Below, piece by piece: positions 16,319-29,092 of a stretch of 64,000 nucleotides of DNA. The position numbers and the translations under genes are program-made. The first letter of the stretch is position 1, and the number at the start of each line of letters is the position of its first letter. The notes beneath the pieces are model-generated. The model ran no database searches and was not told the origin of the DNA. It saw nothing but the letters and a program-made list of their open reading frames with translations. The stretch comes from Escherichia coli (lineage in GTDB: Bacteria; Pseudomonadota; Gammaproteobacteria; Enterobacterales; Enterobacteriaceae): the NCBI RefSeq assembly GCF_003334815.1, contig NZ_QOWO01000008.1. One strand, written 5' to 3'.

Positions 16319-18052
16319 GTGAATATTCAGGCTCTTCTCTCAGAAAAAGTCCGTCAGGCCATGATTGCGGCAGGCGCGCCTGCGGATTGCGAACCGCAGG
16401 TTCGTCAGTCAGCAAAAGTTCAGTTCGGCGACTATCAGGCTAACGGCATGATGGCAGTTGCTAAAAAACTGGGTATGGCACCGCGACAATTAGCAGAGCA
16501 GGTGCTGACTCATCTGGATCTTAACGGTATCGCCAGCAAAGTTGAGATCGCCGGTCCAGGCTTTATCAACATTTTCCTTGATCCGGCATTCCTGGCTGAA
16601 CATGTTCAGCAGGCGCTGGCGTCCGATCGTCTCGGTGTTGCTACGCCAGAAAAACAGACCATTGTGGTTGACTACTCTGCGCCAAACGTGGCGAAAGAGA
16701 TGCATGTCGGTCACCTGCGCTCTACCATTATTGGTGACGCAGCAGTGCGTACTCTGGAGTTCCTCGGTCACAAAGTGATTCGCGCAAACCACGTCGGCGA
16801 CTGGGGCACTCAGTTCGGTATGCTGATTGCATGGCTGGAAAAGCAGCAGCAGGAAAACGCCGGTGAAATGGAGCTGGCTGACCTTGAAGGTTTCTACCGC
16901 GATGCGAAAAAGCATTACGATGAAGATGAAGAGTTCGCCGAGCGCGCACGTAACTACGTGGTAAAACTGCAAAGCGGTGACGAATATTTCCGCGAGATGT
17001 GGCGCAAACTGGTCGACATCACCATGACGCAGAACCAGATCACCTACGATCGTCTCAACGTGACGCTGACCCGTGATGACGTGATGGGCGAAAGCCTCTA
17101 CAACCCGATGCTGCCAGGAATTGTGGCGGATCTCAAAGCCAAAGGTCTGGCAGTAGAAAGCGAAGGGGCGACCGTCGTATTCCTTGATGAGTTTAAAAAC
17201 AAGGAAGGCGAACCGATGGGCGTGATCATTCAGAAGAAAGATGGCGGCTATCTCTACACCACCACTGATATCGCCTGTGCGAAATATCGTTATGAAACAC
17301 TGCATGCCGATCGCGTGCTGTATTACATCGACTCCCGTCAGCATCAACACCTGATGCAGGCATGGGCGATCGTCCGTAAAGCAGGCTATGTACCGGAATC
17401 CGTACCGCTGGAACACCACATGTTCGGCATGATGCTGGGTAAAGACGGCAAACCGTTCAAAACCCGCGCGGGTGGTACAGTGAAACTGGCCGATCTGCTG
17501 GATGAAGCCCTGGAACGTGCACGCCGTCTGGTGGCAGAAAAGAACCCGGATATGCCAGCCGACGAGCTGGAAAAACTGGCTAACGCGGTTGGTATTGGTG
17601 CGGTGAAATATGCGGATCTCTCCAAAAACCGCACCACGGACTACATCTTCGACTGGGACAACATGCTGGCGTTTGAGGGTAATACCGCGCCATACATGCA
17701 GTATGCATACACGCGTGTATTGTCCGTGTTCCGTAAAGCAGAAATTGACGAAGAGCAACTGGCTGCAGCTCCGGTTATCATCCGTGAAGATCGTGAAGCG
17801 CAACTGGCAGCTCGCCTGCTGCAGTTTGAAGAAACCCTCACCGTGGTTGCCCGTGAAGGCACGCCGCATGTAATGTGTGCTTACCTGTACGATCTGGCCG
17901 GTCTGTTCTCTGGCTTCTACGAGCACTGCCCGATCCTCAGCGCAGAAAACGAAGAAGTGCGTAACAGCCGTCTAAAACTGGCACAACTGACGGCGAAGAC
18001 GCTGAAGCTGGGTCTGGATACGCTGGGTATTGAGACTGTAGAGCGTATGTAA
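16319..18052 (+). CDS. argS: Arginine--tRNA ligase (GTG start)
   Basis: 577 aa, [19 protein letters not shown] motif. Confidence 0.97.
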   Translation: MNIQALLSEKVRQAMIAAGAPADCEPQVRQSAKVQFGDYQANGMMAVAKKLGMAPRQLAEQVLTHLDLNGIASKVEIAGPGFINIFLDPAFLAEHVQQALASDRLGVATPEKQTIVVDYSAPNVAKEMHVGHLRSTIIGDAAVRTLEFLGHKVIRANHVGDWGTQFGMLIAWLEKQQQENAGEMELADLEGFYRDAKKHYDEDEEFAERARNYVVKLQSGDEYFREMWRKLVDITMTQNQITYDRLNVTLTRDDVMGESLYNPMLPGIVADLKAKGLAVESEGATVVFLDEFKNKEGEPMGVIIQKKDGGYLYTTTDIACAKYRYETLHADRVLYYIDSRQHQHLMQAWAIVRKAGYVPESVPLEHHMFGMMLGKDGKPFKTRAGGTVKLADLLDEALERARRLVAEKNPDMPADELEKLANAVGIGAVKYADLSKNRTTDYIFDWDNMLAFEGNTAPYMQYAYTRVLSVFRKAEIDEEQLAAAPVIIREDREAQLAARLLQFEETLTVVAREGTPHVMCAYLYDLAGLFSGFYEHCPILSAENEEVRNSRLKLAQLTAKTLKLGLDTLGIETVERM

Positions 18053-18073
18053 TCGATTTTTCGTGAGAGTGAA

Positions 18074-18106
18074 GCCTGATCAGGGTTAGCCGATCAGGCT
18101 TTTTTA
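18074..18106 (+). terminator. Rho-independent terminator after argS
   Basis: gcctgatcagggttagccgatcaggc followed by TTTTTT. Confidence 0.8.
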
Positions 18107-18207
18107 TTGCCATCTAAATGTATTCTGAAAATGGACATGCCATTGTTTTCTCACTGTTGGATAAGAGGCCAGAAGCGTAATATCCGGCCCCAGGGAAACG
18201 ATAACGG

Positions 18208-18717
18208 TTGAATTTAAGGAATACCGCAGTGTTTAAATTTCTTGTATTAACATTAGGCATTATCTCTTGCCAGGCTTACGCAGAAGATACGGTTATAGTA
18301 AACGACCATGACATTTCAGCCATCAAAGATTGTTGGCAAAAAAATTCAGATGATGATACTGACGTTAACGTGATCAAATCATGCCTGCGACAAGAATACA
18401 ATCTCGTCGATGCGCAATTAAATAAAGCCTATGGTGAAGCTTATCGTTATATAGAACAAGTGCCACGCACAGGTGTAAAAAAACCTGATACCGAACAACT
18501 TAACTTGCTTAAAAAATCACAGCGAGCCTGGCTGGATTTTAGGGACAAAGAATGTGAATTAATCCTTTCAAATGAGGACGTTCAGGATTTAAGTGACCCT
18601 TATTCTGAATCAGAATGGCTCTCATGTATGATCATACAGACCAATACGCGAACTCGCCAGTTGCAGCTATACCGTAACTCTGAAGATTTTTATCCAAGCC
18701 CTTTGACAAGAGGATAA
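18208..18717 (+). CDS. yecT: Uncharacterized secreted protein YecT (start codon uncertain)
   Basis: 169 aa ORF with N-terminal signal peptide; AT-rich. Confidence 0.75.
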   Translation: MNLRNTAVFKFLVLTLGIISCQAYAEDTVIVNDHDISAIKDCWQKNSDDDTDVNVIKSCLRQEYNLVDAQLNKAYGEAYRYIEQVPRTGVKKPDTEQLNLLKKSQRAWLDFRDKECELILSNEDVQDLSDPYSESEWLSCMIIQTNTRTRQLQLYRNSEDFYPSPLTRG

Positions 18718-18836
18718 TTCACATCTTTTTGGCATGTTTTGTTGCAAGCTATTCCTGATAAATAATTGCAACAAGACATCGAGCCTTTTTCACTGAGTTA
18801 TTAAACATACTCGCGAGCGCGTAATTTTTTTGTCCT

Positions 18837-19229
18837 TCAGCGATAATTCACAATCACTTCATTACGTTGTACCTTTAGCGGTGGAATTAACCGCCCACCG
18901 CCTGGCACTTCCCAGATAAATCGCAACGGTTCTGCTGCCGCTATACCGGAAAAGGCCACGGTGGTTCCGCTCTGCCCCTCTAATTCCACACAACGAGATT
19001 GCGAACACAAGCGAACCCGCAGTCCTGAAGGTGTCGGGCCGATAAGCTGATAACGCCACGCTACCAGCGTCATCAATCCTGAAGCAGGTTGTCGCGTAGA
19101 AAGAGGCGCAGACGACATCGACTCACCGCGATGATTTAGCGTAATTCCTACACTACTTGCCTGCCACATCCCCTCCCCGGCGGCTTGCACCAGCAGCGGA
19201 AACAATAATATTGCTAATAAGGTTCTCAT
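18837..19229 (-). CDS. flhE: Flagellar protein FlhE
   Basis: 130 aa, signal peptide, downstream of flhA. Confidence 0.9.
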   Translation of the reverse strand: MRTLLAILLFPLLVQAAGEGMWQASSVGITLNHRGESMSSAPLSTRQPASGLMTLVAWRYQLIGPTPSGLRVRLCSQSRCVELEGQSGTTVAFSGIAAAEPLRFIWEVPGGGRLIPPLKVQRNEVIVNYR

Positions 19230-21307
19230 TATTTGCCGCCAATTGTCGCCGTCATGCGGATATGTCGGTTATCAGACAGTTCCAGATTCGACAGGACCAC
19301 TAACTGCGGCAAGCTGCGGCGCAGGAAGCGAGACAATAATGGTCGCAGCGCGTGGTTCACCAACAATACTGGCGGCGCACCCAGCATCTCCTGACGGGAT
19401 AGCGCTTCCTGAGTTTGCGCCAGTAAACGATCCGCCAGCCCTGGCTCCAGTCCTCCCCCGCCCTGCAGCGCCTGTAGTAACAAACGTTCCAGCGGTGTAT
19501 CGAGGCCAATAACATGGACTTCATCTTTGCCAGGAAACCACTGCTGGGTAATCGCCCGTCCCAACGCCACGCGCACGGCGGCGGTTAATTCATGTGGATC
19601 GCTTTGGATGGGCGCATGTTCCGCCAGCGTTTCGAGAATGGTGCGCATATCGCGAATCGGTACTTTTTCATCGAGGAGATTTTGCAGCACTTTATGCAGT
19701 GTGGTGAGCGTGACGACGCCAGGAACGAGATCTTCCGTCAGCTTTGGCATCTCCTGGGCGACGCGATCCAACAGCTGTTGCGCCTCCTGACGACCAAACA
19801 GCTCTGCGGCATGCTGGCTAATGAGGTGGTTAAGATGCGTTGCTACCACCGTGCTGGCCTCAACCACTGTGTACCCCTGAATCTGCGCCTGTTCTTTTAG
19901 CGCACTTTCAATCCAGATAGCATTCAGGCCAAATGCCGGATCGACGGTCGCCTCACCAGGTAACGTCCCGGCAGCGGTTCCAGGGTTAATCGCCAGCCAG
20001 CGCCCCGGATAAGCATCACCACTGCCAATCTCCACGCCTTTCATCAAAATGCGATAGCGGGCAGGTTGCAGATCCATATTGTCGCGAATGTGCACCACTG
20101 GCGGCAGAAATCCCATCTCCTGGGCAAATTTCTTGCGGATACTGCGTATACGGCCCAACAACTCACCATCCTGCTGGAAATCGACCATCGGGATCAGTCG
20201 ATAACCCACTTCCATTCCCAGAGAATCTTCCAGTTGTACATCGTTCCACGTCGCTTCGACAACGGTATTATTCTCTGCCATTTTTACCGGTTTGGGTTCG
20301 GCAGGCGCTTTTTGTTCGCGTCCGCGTATCCACCAGGCCAGCCCGAGCAATCCGGCAGTGAACAGCAAAAATACCAGGTTCGGCATTCCAGGCACCAGGC
20401 CGAGTAAACCGAGCACGGCGGCGCTTAACAACATAACGCTTGGGTTACTGAAAAGCTGATTCACCATCTGCTCGCCAACATCCTGATCGGTGCTGACACG
20501 CGTAACGATGACCCCCGCGGCGGTAGAAATCACCAGCGCCGGAATTTGTGCCACCAGACCGTCGCCAATGGTCAATAGCGTATAACTTTCCGCCGCGTGT
20601 CCCATGCTCATGCCATGTTGCAGCACGCCGACCAGCAACCCGCCGACAATGTTAATGACCATGATGAGGATCCCGGCGATGGCATCGCCGCGAACAAACT
20701 TACTTGCCCCGTCCATTGAGCCGTAAAAATCGGCTTCCTGAGTCACTTCGGAGCGGCGTTTTTTCGCCTCATCTTCACCAATCAATCCGGCGTTAAGGTC
20801 GGCGTCAATCGCCATCTGCTTACCCGGCATACCATCGAGAACAAAGCGCGCACCCACTTCTGCGATACGCCCGGCACCTTTGGTAATGACCATAAAGTTG
20901 ATGATCACGAGAATGACAAACACCACGATACCGATAGCGAAATTGCCACCAACGAGGAAGTGACCGAACGCTTCGACCACCTTCCCTGCCGCCGCCGCGC
21001 CGGTATGCCCTTCCATTAAAATGATACGGGTTGAAGCCACGTTAAGTGCCAGACGCAACAGCGTGGTAAACAACAGAATGGTCGGAAACGCAGCAAACTC
21101 AAGCGTGCGCTGGGTAAACATCGCCACCAGCAACACCATGATCGACAAGGCAATATTGAAGGTAAACAACAGGTCGAGTATGAATGCGGGCAGTGGCAGC
21201 ACCATCATCGACAAGATCAACAGGATCAAAATCGGTCCGGCAAGGATCTGCCATTGTGTCGATTTCAGGTTTGCGGGCAGGCGCAGCATCGCGGCCAGAT
21301 TACTCAT
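19229..21307 (-). CDS. flhA: Flagellar export apparatus protein FlhA
   Basis: 692 aa from MSNLAAMLRLPANLKS; six-frame ORF over-extended to 21382. Confidence 0.93.
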   Translation of the reverse strand: MSNLAAMLRLPANLKSTQWQILAGPILILLILSMMVLPLPAFILDLLFTFNIALSIMVLLVAMFTQRTLEFAAFPTILLFTTLLRLALNVASTRIILMEGHTGAAAAGKVVEAFGHFLVGGNFAIGIVVFVILVIINFMVITKGAGRIAEVGARFVLDGMPGKQMAIDADLNAGLIGEDEAKKRRSEVTQEADFYGSMDGASKFVRGDAIAGILIMVINIVGGLLVGVLQHGMSMGHAAESYTLLTIGDGLVAQIPALVISTAAGVIVTRVSTDQDVGEQMVNQLFSNPSVMLLSAAVLGLLGLVPGMPNLVFLLFTAGLLGLAWWIRGREQKAPAEPKPVKMAENNTVVEATWNDVQLEDSLGMEVGYRLIPMVDFQQDGELLGRIRSIRKKFAQEMGFLPPVVHIRDNMDLQPARYRILMKGVEIGSGDAYPGRWLAINPGTAAGTLPGEATVDPAFGLNAIWIESALKEQAQIQGYTVVEASTVVATHLNHLISQHAAELFGRQEAQQLLDRVAQEMPKLTEDLVPGVVTLTTLHKVLQNLLDEKVPIRDMRTILETLAEHAPIQSDPHELTAAVRVALGRAITQQWFPGKDEVHVIGLDTPLERLLLQALQGGGGLEPGLADRLLAQTQEALSRQEMLGAPPVLLVNHALRPLLSRFLRRSLPQLVVLSNLELSDNRHIRMTATIGGK

Positions 21308-22448
21308 GGGTCGGTTTCTCGTTAATAAAATCCAGGGCTTCCGGCACCGGAAGATGAGTAGGTTGTACAGGGCGCTGTCCACCAGCCAGACGCCAGCGTT
21401 TCAGTTGCCAGACCCAGGCCAGCACTTCCGCCACCGCGGCGTACAGTTGACCCGGGATTTGTTGACCAATCTCCGCATGTCGATACAGCGCTCGCGCCAG
21501 CGGCGGCGCTTCAAGCGTCGGGACGTTATTTTCAGCGCCAATTTCACGAATGCGCAGCGCGACCAGCCCTGCACCTTTAGCGACCACTTTCGGTGCGCTC
21601 ATTTTGTTTTCGTCATACTGCAACGCTACCGAATAGTGGGTCGGGTTATTGACAATGACATCCGCTTTCGGCACATCGGCCATCATCCGACGCCGTGCAG
21701 CAGCTCGCTGCATCTGACGGATCCGCCCTTTAACATGAGGGTCACCTTCGCTTTGTTTGAACTCATCACGAATATCCTGCCGTGACATACGCAGCTTTTT
21801 CAGGTGGCTGAATATTTGGAAAAAGACGTCAAATCCCACCATTGGAATGACACCAAGCACCACCAGCAGTGCGCATAGCCCTACCAAATCCATCGCATTA
21901 CCCATGGCGGTAATCGGAGACTCGGCCATCAAGCGCATCATCTGCGGCCAGTGATGCCAGAGAAAAAACCCCGTCACGCTGCCAACCAGGATGGTTTTCA
22001 AAATTGCTTTAAGCAACTCCGCGCCAGTCTGAGCCGAGAACATCCGTTTAATGCCCGGTAGCGGGTTGAGTTTGGAAAACTTCGGCTGCAAGGATTTGCC
22101 GCTAAATACCAGCCCTCCCAGCATGACCGGAGAAATGAGCGCCACCAGCACCACGCCGCTAATCAGCGGCAGCAGCGCCAGCATGGCTTCTCTGATCAGC
22201 AGAATAATCTGCCCGAGGATCAGATTCGGGTCATTGATAATACTGTGATCAAAATGCAGCCCAGCGGAGAGCATGCCCGACAATCGACGGGCCAGCGACA
22301 CACCGCCAAACCAGATAACACTAACGCCCACCAGCAAAATCAGCAGTGAGGTCAGTTCACGGGAACGCGGGATTTGCCCCTCTTCCCGCGCTTTTTCTAG
22401 TCGGTGAGGTGTGGGGGCTTCTGTTTTGTCGTCGCTCTCGTCAGACAC
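21300..22448 (-). CDS. flhB: Flagellar export apparatus protein FlhB
   Basis: 382 aa, NPTH autocleavage motif, overlaps flhA start by 8 nt. Confidence 0.95.
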   Translation of the reverse strand: MSDESDDKTEAPTPHRLEKAREEGQIPRSRELTSLLILLVGVSVIWFGGVSLARRLSGMLSAGLHFDHSIINDPNLILGQIILLIREAMLALLPLISGVVLVALISPVMLGGLVFSGKSLQPKFSKLNPLPGIKRMFSAQTGAELLKAILKTILVGSVTGFFLWHHWPQMMRLMAESPITAMGNAMDLVGLCALLVVLGVIPMVGFDVFFQIFSHLKKLRMSRQDIRDEFKQSEGDPHVKGRIRQMQRAAARRRMMADVPKADVIVNNPTHYSVALQYDENKMSAPKVVAKGAGLVALRIREIGAENNVPTLEAPPLARALYRHAEIGQQIPGQLYAAVAEVLAWVWQLKRWRLAGGQRPVQPTHLPVPEALDFINEKPTHE

Positions 22449-22569
22449 GTCGCCAATCCTGGAAAGAGTATTAAGCGTGAATGATGCCAGAGCGCAAAGC
22501 GTTCAATGGTTTGAGTAAGGGGCAAAACAGGCGGGATTTAGGGCTTTTGCTGCCACACATCAAGCATAG

Positions 22570-22640
22570 TGTGCGTTTGTCGGATGCGGCGTCATCGCCT
22601 TATCAGACCGCCTGATATGACGTGGTCACGCCACATCAGG
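22570..22640. repeat. REP-like palindromic element
   Basis: tgtcggatgcggcgtcatcgccttatcagaccgcctgat...cacatcaggc. Confidence 0.65.
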
Positions 22641-22649
22641 CAATACAAA

Positions 22650-23294
22650 TCAAAATCCAAGACTATCCAACAAATCGTCCACCTGATCCTGACTGGCTAC
22701 CACACCGGCTTTGCTGGTATCGACCTGAGGTCCATTAAGCAAACTCTGGTTTTCACGTTTTGGACGCGACTCCTGTTCCGGGATGTTTTCCAACAGCACC
22801 ATCAGCAACTGGCGTTCGATCTCCTGAATGACATCCATCATCCGCTTAATGACCTGCCCGGTGAGATCCTGGAAATCCTGCGCCATCATGATTTCCAGCA
22901 GTTGCGCGTTAGTAAAGCTGGTATGCGCGGGTACATCTGCCAGAAATTGTCGTGTATCTGTTACCAGTTCACGGGCGTCGGCAAGGTCAATCGGATCGGC
23001 AAACCAGTCATCCCAACGTTGGGTTAACGCTTTTGCTGATTTCTCCATTTGATCCTGATGCGGTTGTGACGCCTCAACACTGTTCAGCGCCCGCTCCGCA
23101 GCCTGGGCGGTCATCTGCACAACATAGTACAAACGATCGCGCGCATCGGGGATGGCTTCCGCCGCTTCGGCAATGGCCTGATCCAGCCCCAGTTCCCGCA
23201 AACTGTCGCGCAGCATACGCGTCAGGCTGCCGATGCGCGCAATGATATCGCCAGCTGAATGCTCGTCAGCAGGTTTGATTGATGGTTGCATCAT
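22650..23294 (-). CDS. cheZ: CheY-P phosphatase CheZ
   Basis: 214 aa from [16 protein letters not shown]. Confidence 0.93.
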
Positions 23295-23304
23295 AGTCGC
23301 ATCC

Positions 23305-24758
<1,454 letters not shown>

Positions 24759-24760
24759 CG

Positions 24761-25621
24761 TTAATCCTTACTTAGCGCATACACCGTCTGACCACGCAGC
24801 GTGAAGCGGCGCTCAAGGTGGCTAAAGTTTTCAGAGTGACCCGCAAACAGCAATCCGTCGGGTTTAAGGAGCGGAACAAAGCGGCGCAAAATCTCCTGCT
24901 GGGTAGTTTGATCGAAGTAGATCATGACGTTACGACAGAAGATCGCATCAAACGGCCCCGGCACGGTGTACTGTTTCGCCAGTAGATTCAGCGGGGCAAA
25001 ATCAACATAGTTCGCCAGCTCCTGACGCACGCGTACCAGCCCTTCATGCGGCCCCGTCCCTCGCATGAAATACCGTTGCAGTTGCTGCGGCGTCAGGTTT
25101 TTCAACTCTTCATGGCGATAGATACCGCTTCTGGCTTTTTCCAGCACTTCGGTGTCGATATCACTGGCAAACACTTTCCAGCGTCCGGGCGCGGTGCCCA
25201 ATGTGTCAGCCAGCGTCATCGCAATGCTGTACGGCTCTTCGCCGGTCGAAGCCGCCGCGCTCCATACGCGATACTCGCCAGAACGGCGACGTGCGTGATC
25301 CGCGAGCAGAGGGAAATGATGTGCCTCACGGAAAAATGCCGTCAGATTCGTGGTCAGCGAATTGATAAACGCCTGCCACTCACCGCTGTGCTGATTAGAT
25401 TCCAGCAAGTTCAGATAATGACCGAAATCCGTCAGTCCCAGCGAACGCAAACGACGAACCAGTCGGTTGTAAACCATGTCGCGTTTATGGTCAGCCAGAA
25501 CGATCCCGGCTCGTTGATAGATCAATTGACTTATCCGCCGAAAATGCGCGTCGGAAAGCGCCAGGCGCTCGGTCATCTGTAACAATAAAGACGTTTGCCC
25601 ACAGGGCAGAGATGAAGTCAT
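24761..25621 (-). CDS. cheR: Chemotaxis methyltransferase CheR
   Basis: 286 aa. Confidence 0.97.
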   Translation of the reverse strand: MTSSLPCGQTSLLLQMTERLALSDAHFRRISQLIYQRAGIVLADHKRDMVYNRLVRRLRSLGLTDFGHYLNLLESNQHSGEWQAFINSLTTNLTAFFREAHHFPLLADHARRRSGEYRVWSAAASTGEEPYSIAMTLADTLGTAPGRWKVFASDIDTEVLEKARSGIYRHEELKNLTPQQLQRYFMRGTGPHEGLVRVRQELANYVDFAPLNLLAKQYTVPGPFDAIFCRNVMIYFDQTTQQEILRRFVPLLKPDGLLFAGHSENFSHLERRFTLRGQTVYALSKD

Positions 25622-25639
25622 AGCGCCTTCTCAATCACT

Positions 25640-27241
25640 TCAGGATACCACTGGCGCAATTTGTAACTGCACCGACTCATGTCGTGCTACTTCATGTTCT
25701 TCAAGGGTAAATACCGCCACACGCGACGAAAGATGGTCGGCCTGATTCGCCAGTTGTTCCGTTGCCACCGCCGCTTCTTCTACCAGCGAGGCGTTCTGCT
25801 GAGTCACCTGATCCATCTGGCTGACAGCCTGTGCAACCTGCTCAATCCCCCGCTGTTGTTCTTCCGACGCAGAGGCAATTTCTCCCATAATGTCGTTCAC
25901 GCGGGTCACCGAACTGACAATATCGATCATGGTCGCGGCGGCGTTATTCACCAGTTTCGAACCCTGCTGGACACGATTGACTGACTCTTCGATCAGCCCT
26001 TTGATCTCTTTTGCTGCCTGCGCGCTACGGCTGGCAAGATTGCGCACTTCACCTGCCACTACCGCAAAACCACGCCCCTGCTCTCCGGCGCGAGCCGCTT
26101 CCACTGCCGCATTCAGGGCCAGAATATTGGTCTGGAAAGCAATTCCGTCGATAACGCTGATAATGTCGCCAATTTTTTGCGAGCTGGTGGCGATCTCCTG
26201 CATGGTGTGAGTCATGGTACTGACCTGAACACCGCCCGCCTGCGCCGTTGTCGCGGCATTTTTTGCCAGTTCCGACGCCTGTCGTGCGTTATCGGCGTTT
26301 TGCCCTACCGTGGCGGTTAATTGCTCCATACTGGCGGCCGTTTGTGCCAGCGATGCCGCCTGCTGTTCGGTACGACTTGAGAGATCGTTATTGCCTGCGA
26401 CAATCTCCGCGATACCAATGTGCATCTCCTGGCTTCCCTTACGCACATCACTTACCGTCCCACGCAAAGCCTGCTGCATGGTCTTCAGACTGGCAAAAAT
26501 GGCGGTGATCTCATTACGACCATATACCGCAATCGGACGCGCCAGATTACCCGCAGCAATGCTGTCAAAATGGCTACCGATAATGGCCAGTGGTTGAACA
26601 ATCATCTTGCGCGTCCACCACAGCGCACTGCTGATGTAGATCGCCGCAACAATAATCATGCTGATAAACACCAGTGCCGAAATCTGATAGTTACGCTGGC
26701 TTTGCGCACTGGCGGCTTCCAGCACATGGTTGATCTCCAGCTGCCAGGCCTCAAAGTTAACGTCAAACGCATTCTGTGATCCCTGCACCGGCGCAGTGAG
26801 GAAATCCGAAAGTTGATTACTTTCAAGCCAGGTCGCCTGATGTTCGAGATCGTTGTGCCAGCGGGCAAAACTTTTCTCCGTCTCTTTTTGCAATCCCCTG
26901 ACGTGCTCGTTGCCCGCAGTCATCGCCATAAAACTTTTAAACAGCGTGGTGGATTGCGTCAGACTGGCGCGCGCCGTCGTCATCAACGTTTTAATGTCAT
27001 CCGCCGGATAGCTAAGTGCCGTCAGAGTGCCCGCTTTGTTCAGCGCGGTACTGGCCTGTAACATTACCGCCCGAGTTTGCGCTAATGCCGCACGTTGCTG
27101 ATTGCTCTGCTCGACCTGATTCAGTCGTTGCAAATCGTCGCGAAATGCCCAAAAAGACATGCCGTTACTGCCAATCTGCAAGATCCCGCAGAGAATCAAA
27201 ATTAAAAACAGCGTGGTCGAAATTCGAATACGATTAAACAT
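25640..27241 (-). CDS. tap: Methyl-accepting chemotaxis protein IV (dipeptide/pyrimidine) Tap
   Basis: 533 aa, MFNRIRISTTLFLILILCGILQ; conserved MCP signalling domain. Confidence 0.93.
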   Translation of the reverse strand: MFNRIRISTTLFLILILCGILQIGSNGMSFWAFRDDLQRLNQVEQSNQQRAALAQTRAVMLQASTALNKAGTLTALSYPADDIKTLMTTARASLTQSTTLFKSFMAMTAGNEHVRGLQKETEKSFARWHNDLEHQATWLESNQLSDFLTAPVQGSQNAFDVNFEAWQLEINHVLEAASAQSQRNYQISALVFISMIIVAAIYISSALWWTRKMIVQPLAIIGSHFDSIAAGNLARPIAVYGRNEITAIFASLKTMQQALRGTVSDVRKGSQEMHIGIAEIVAGNNDLSSRTEQQAASLAQTAASMEQLTATVGQNADNARQASELAKNAATTAQAGGVQVSTMTHTMQEIATSSQKIGDIISVIDGIAFQTNILALNAAVEAARAGEQGRGFAVVAGEVRNLASRSAQAAKEIKGLIEESVNRVQQGSKLVNNAAATMIDIVSSVTRVNDIMGEIASASEEQQRGIEQVAQAVSQMDQVTQQNASLVEEAAVATEQLANQADHLSSRVAVFTLEEHEVARHESVQLQIAPVVS

Positions 27242-27286
27242 CAACGCTCCCCATCAGGCGGCAATGACCGCGTTAGTAAATACTCG

Positions 27287-28948
27287 TCAAAATGTTTCCC
27301 AGTTTGGATCTTGTTCAGCAATTCGCAGTCGTGGCTGAGCCGGTGGTTGCTCACTGGCAGGACGGGATGGTGTTTGCGGTTTATTGGTGAGTGGGCTGGC
27401 TGCCAGACGGAACGCGGAAACTGCTTGCGTTAAACGACTCGCCTGTTCTTCCAGCGCAGCGGCGGCGGCAGCTGATTCCTGCACCAGCGATGCGTTCTGT
27501 TGCGTGACGCGATCCATTTCCGAAACCGCCAATGCGACTTGATCGATGCCACGGCTCTGTTCATCCGATGCCGATGCAATCTCGCCCATAATGTCAGTCA
27601 CGCGAGTGACAGCATTGACGATATTGTTCATTGTTTCCCCGGCGCTTTCGACCAGCACCGAACCGGTATCAACGCGTGAGACGGAGTCTTCAATGAGGGC
27701 TTTGATCTCTTTTGCCGCCTGGGCGCTGCGACTGGCAAGATTACGCACTTCACCCGCCACCACGGCAAAACCACGGCCCTGTTCACCCGCACGCGCGGCT
27801 TCAACCGCGGCATTCAGCGCGAGGATATTAGTCTGGAAGGCAATACCGTCGATAACGCTGATAATGTCGGCAATTTTCTTCGAACTATCGGCGATCTCAT
27901 GCATCGTTTTCACTACGCCATCCACCACTTTGCCGCCGTGCTGGGCGGTGTCGGAGGCACTTTGCGCCAGTTGCGAGGCCTGGCGGGCGTTATCGGCGTT
28001 TTGCTTCACTGTCGCGGTGAGCTGCTCCATGCTGGCGGCAGTTTCTTCCAGCGCGGATGCCTGCTGTTCAGTACGGGAGGAAAGATCGGTGTTGCCCGCC
28101 GCAATTTCACGGGTACCGGCATAGATGGCATCTGAACCTTCGCGGACATGAGTGACGGTGTCAGTCAAAGAGCGTTGCATATGTGAAACGCTCTGCGCCA
28201 GGTCGCCCATTTCACTGCGCCCGTCAATGGTCAGGGTATTCGCCAGGTTACCACCGGCGATTTCGCGAATGTGAGCAATAATTTTTGCCAGCGGAGTAAG
28301 CAACATACGGCGAATGCCGTACCACGCCACCAGCAGAATCAATACCACCACCAGCGCGATAACCGCCAGTTGCCACTGGGCAAATCGGTAATCATCTGCG
28401 TTGTCAGTGACGATATCGCGATACAGTTTTTCACTGCTGAGGGCGTACTGAGCAAACGCTTCGCCCATTGCATTTTGCATTCCCTGGGTTGGCTGAGCGA
28501 AATAAGCTCCAGTATTGCCATAATCTAGATAATCAATCAGTTCAGTTAACGCTGTGTAATAGTTTTTATATTTTTCATCAATATTACGACTGGTAGCGAC
28601 CATTTCAGGTAACGGTGCCATGCTTTTGAATTTTTTATAATGCGTCGCTGCCTGCGCCAATGTTTTCCTGGCGCTATCGAGCAATTCAACTTTGGCGTTA
28701 CTTTGTTGATTGGAGGAATCCATCATCATCCGTACCGCTGAACGACTCAGGTTAATGCGCGTTTGCAGCATTAAATCCCAGGTTGACGTCAGCTCGCCCT
28801 GCTGTTCCCGTAATTGATTGGAAACCACAAAGCTCTTCTGGCTATGGTGAAGGGAAGAAAAAAACAGACTGCCGGAAATAAGCTGTAACAGTGCGAATAC
28901 CCCCAGCACCATTACCAACAGCGTGACTACGCGGATACGGTTAATCAT
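27287..28948 (-). CDS. tar: Methyl-accepting chemotaxis protein II (aspartate) Tar
   Basis: 553 aa from [22 protein letters not shown]; C-terminal NWETF pentapeptide. Confidence 0.93.
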   Translation of the reverse strand: MINRIRVVTLLVMVLGVFALLQLISGSLFFSSLHHSQKSFVVSNQLREQQGELTSTWDLMLQTRINLSRSAVRMMMDSSNQQSNAKVELLDSARKTLAQAATHYKKFKSMAPLPEMVATSRNIDEKYKNYYTALTELIDYLDYGNTGAYFAQPTQGMQNAMGEAFAQYALSSEKLYRDIVTDNADDYRFAQWQLAVIALVVVLILLVAWYGIRRMLLTPLAKIIAHIREIAGGNLANTLTIDGRSEMGDLAQSVSHMQRSLTDTVTHVREGSDAIYAGTREIAAGNTDLSSRTEQQASALEETAASMEQLTATVKQNADNARQASQLAQSASDTAQHGGKVVDGVVKTMHEIADSSKKIADIISVIDGIAFQTNILALNAAVEAARAGEQGRGFAVVAGEVRNLASRSAQAAKEIKALIEDSVSRVDTGSVLVESAGETMNNIVNAVTRVTDIMGEIASASDEQSRGIDQVALAVSEMDRVTQQNASLVQESAAAAAALEEQASRLTQAVSAFRLAASPLTNKPQTPSRPASEQPPAQPRLRIAEQDPNWETF

Positions 28949-28979
28949 AAGGCACCTTCCTGAAAACAAGTTGATCTCG

Positions 28980-29006
28980 TTATCGGCAAGGAGGGGGGAA
29001 ACTTTA
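28980..29006 (-). promoter_or_regulatory. sigma28 (FliA) class 3 promoter of the tar-tap-cheRBYZ operon
   Basis: Minus-strand TAAAGTTT-N11-GCCGATAA, exact consensus. Confidence 0.8.
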
Positions 29007-29034
29007 TTGCTGATGCCACCCGCCGCGAAATTGA

Positions 29035-29064
29035 AATAAAAAACCCGATGCGCAGATCATCGGG
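29035..29064 (-). terminator. Rho-independent terminator after cheW
   Basis: cccgatgcgcagatcatcggg hairpin followed by T-run on minus strand. Confidence 0.7.
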
Positions 29065-29092
29065 TTCATTTCAATTGAGGAAATCGGGAGAA

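Noticed and set aside
16490-17926. 478 aa ORF antisense to argS
   Set aside because: Same reasoning: fully nested in argS, no start context, low-complexity translation.
19229-21382. N-terminally extended maximal ORFs for flhA, cheA, cheZ, araG, araF, dcyD, tcyJ, fliZ, otsB and nudB
   Set aside because: The extensions overlap upstream genes or promoters; internal ATG/GTG starts reproduce the known protein N-termini and lengths.
27546-28124. 192 aa ORF antisense to tar, and similar antisense ORFs in tap, cheA and torZ
   Set aside because: Nested in known genes; S/A/C-rich low-complexity translations; no independent support.
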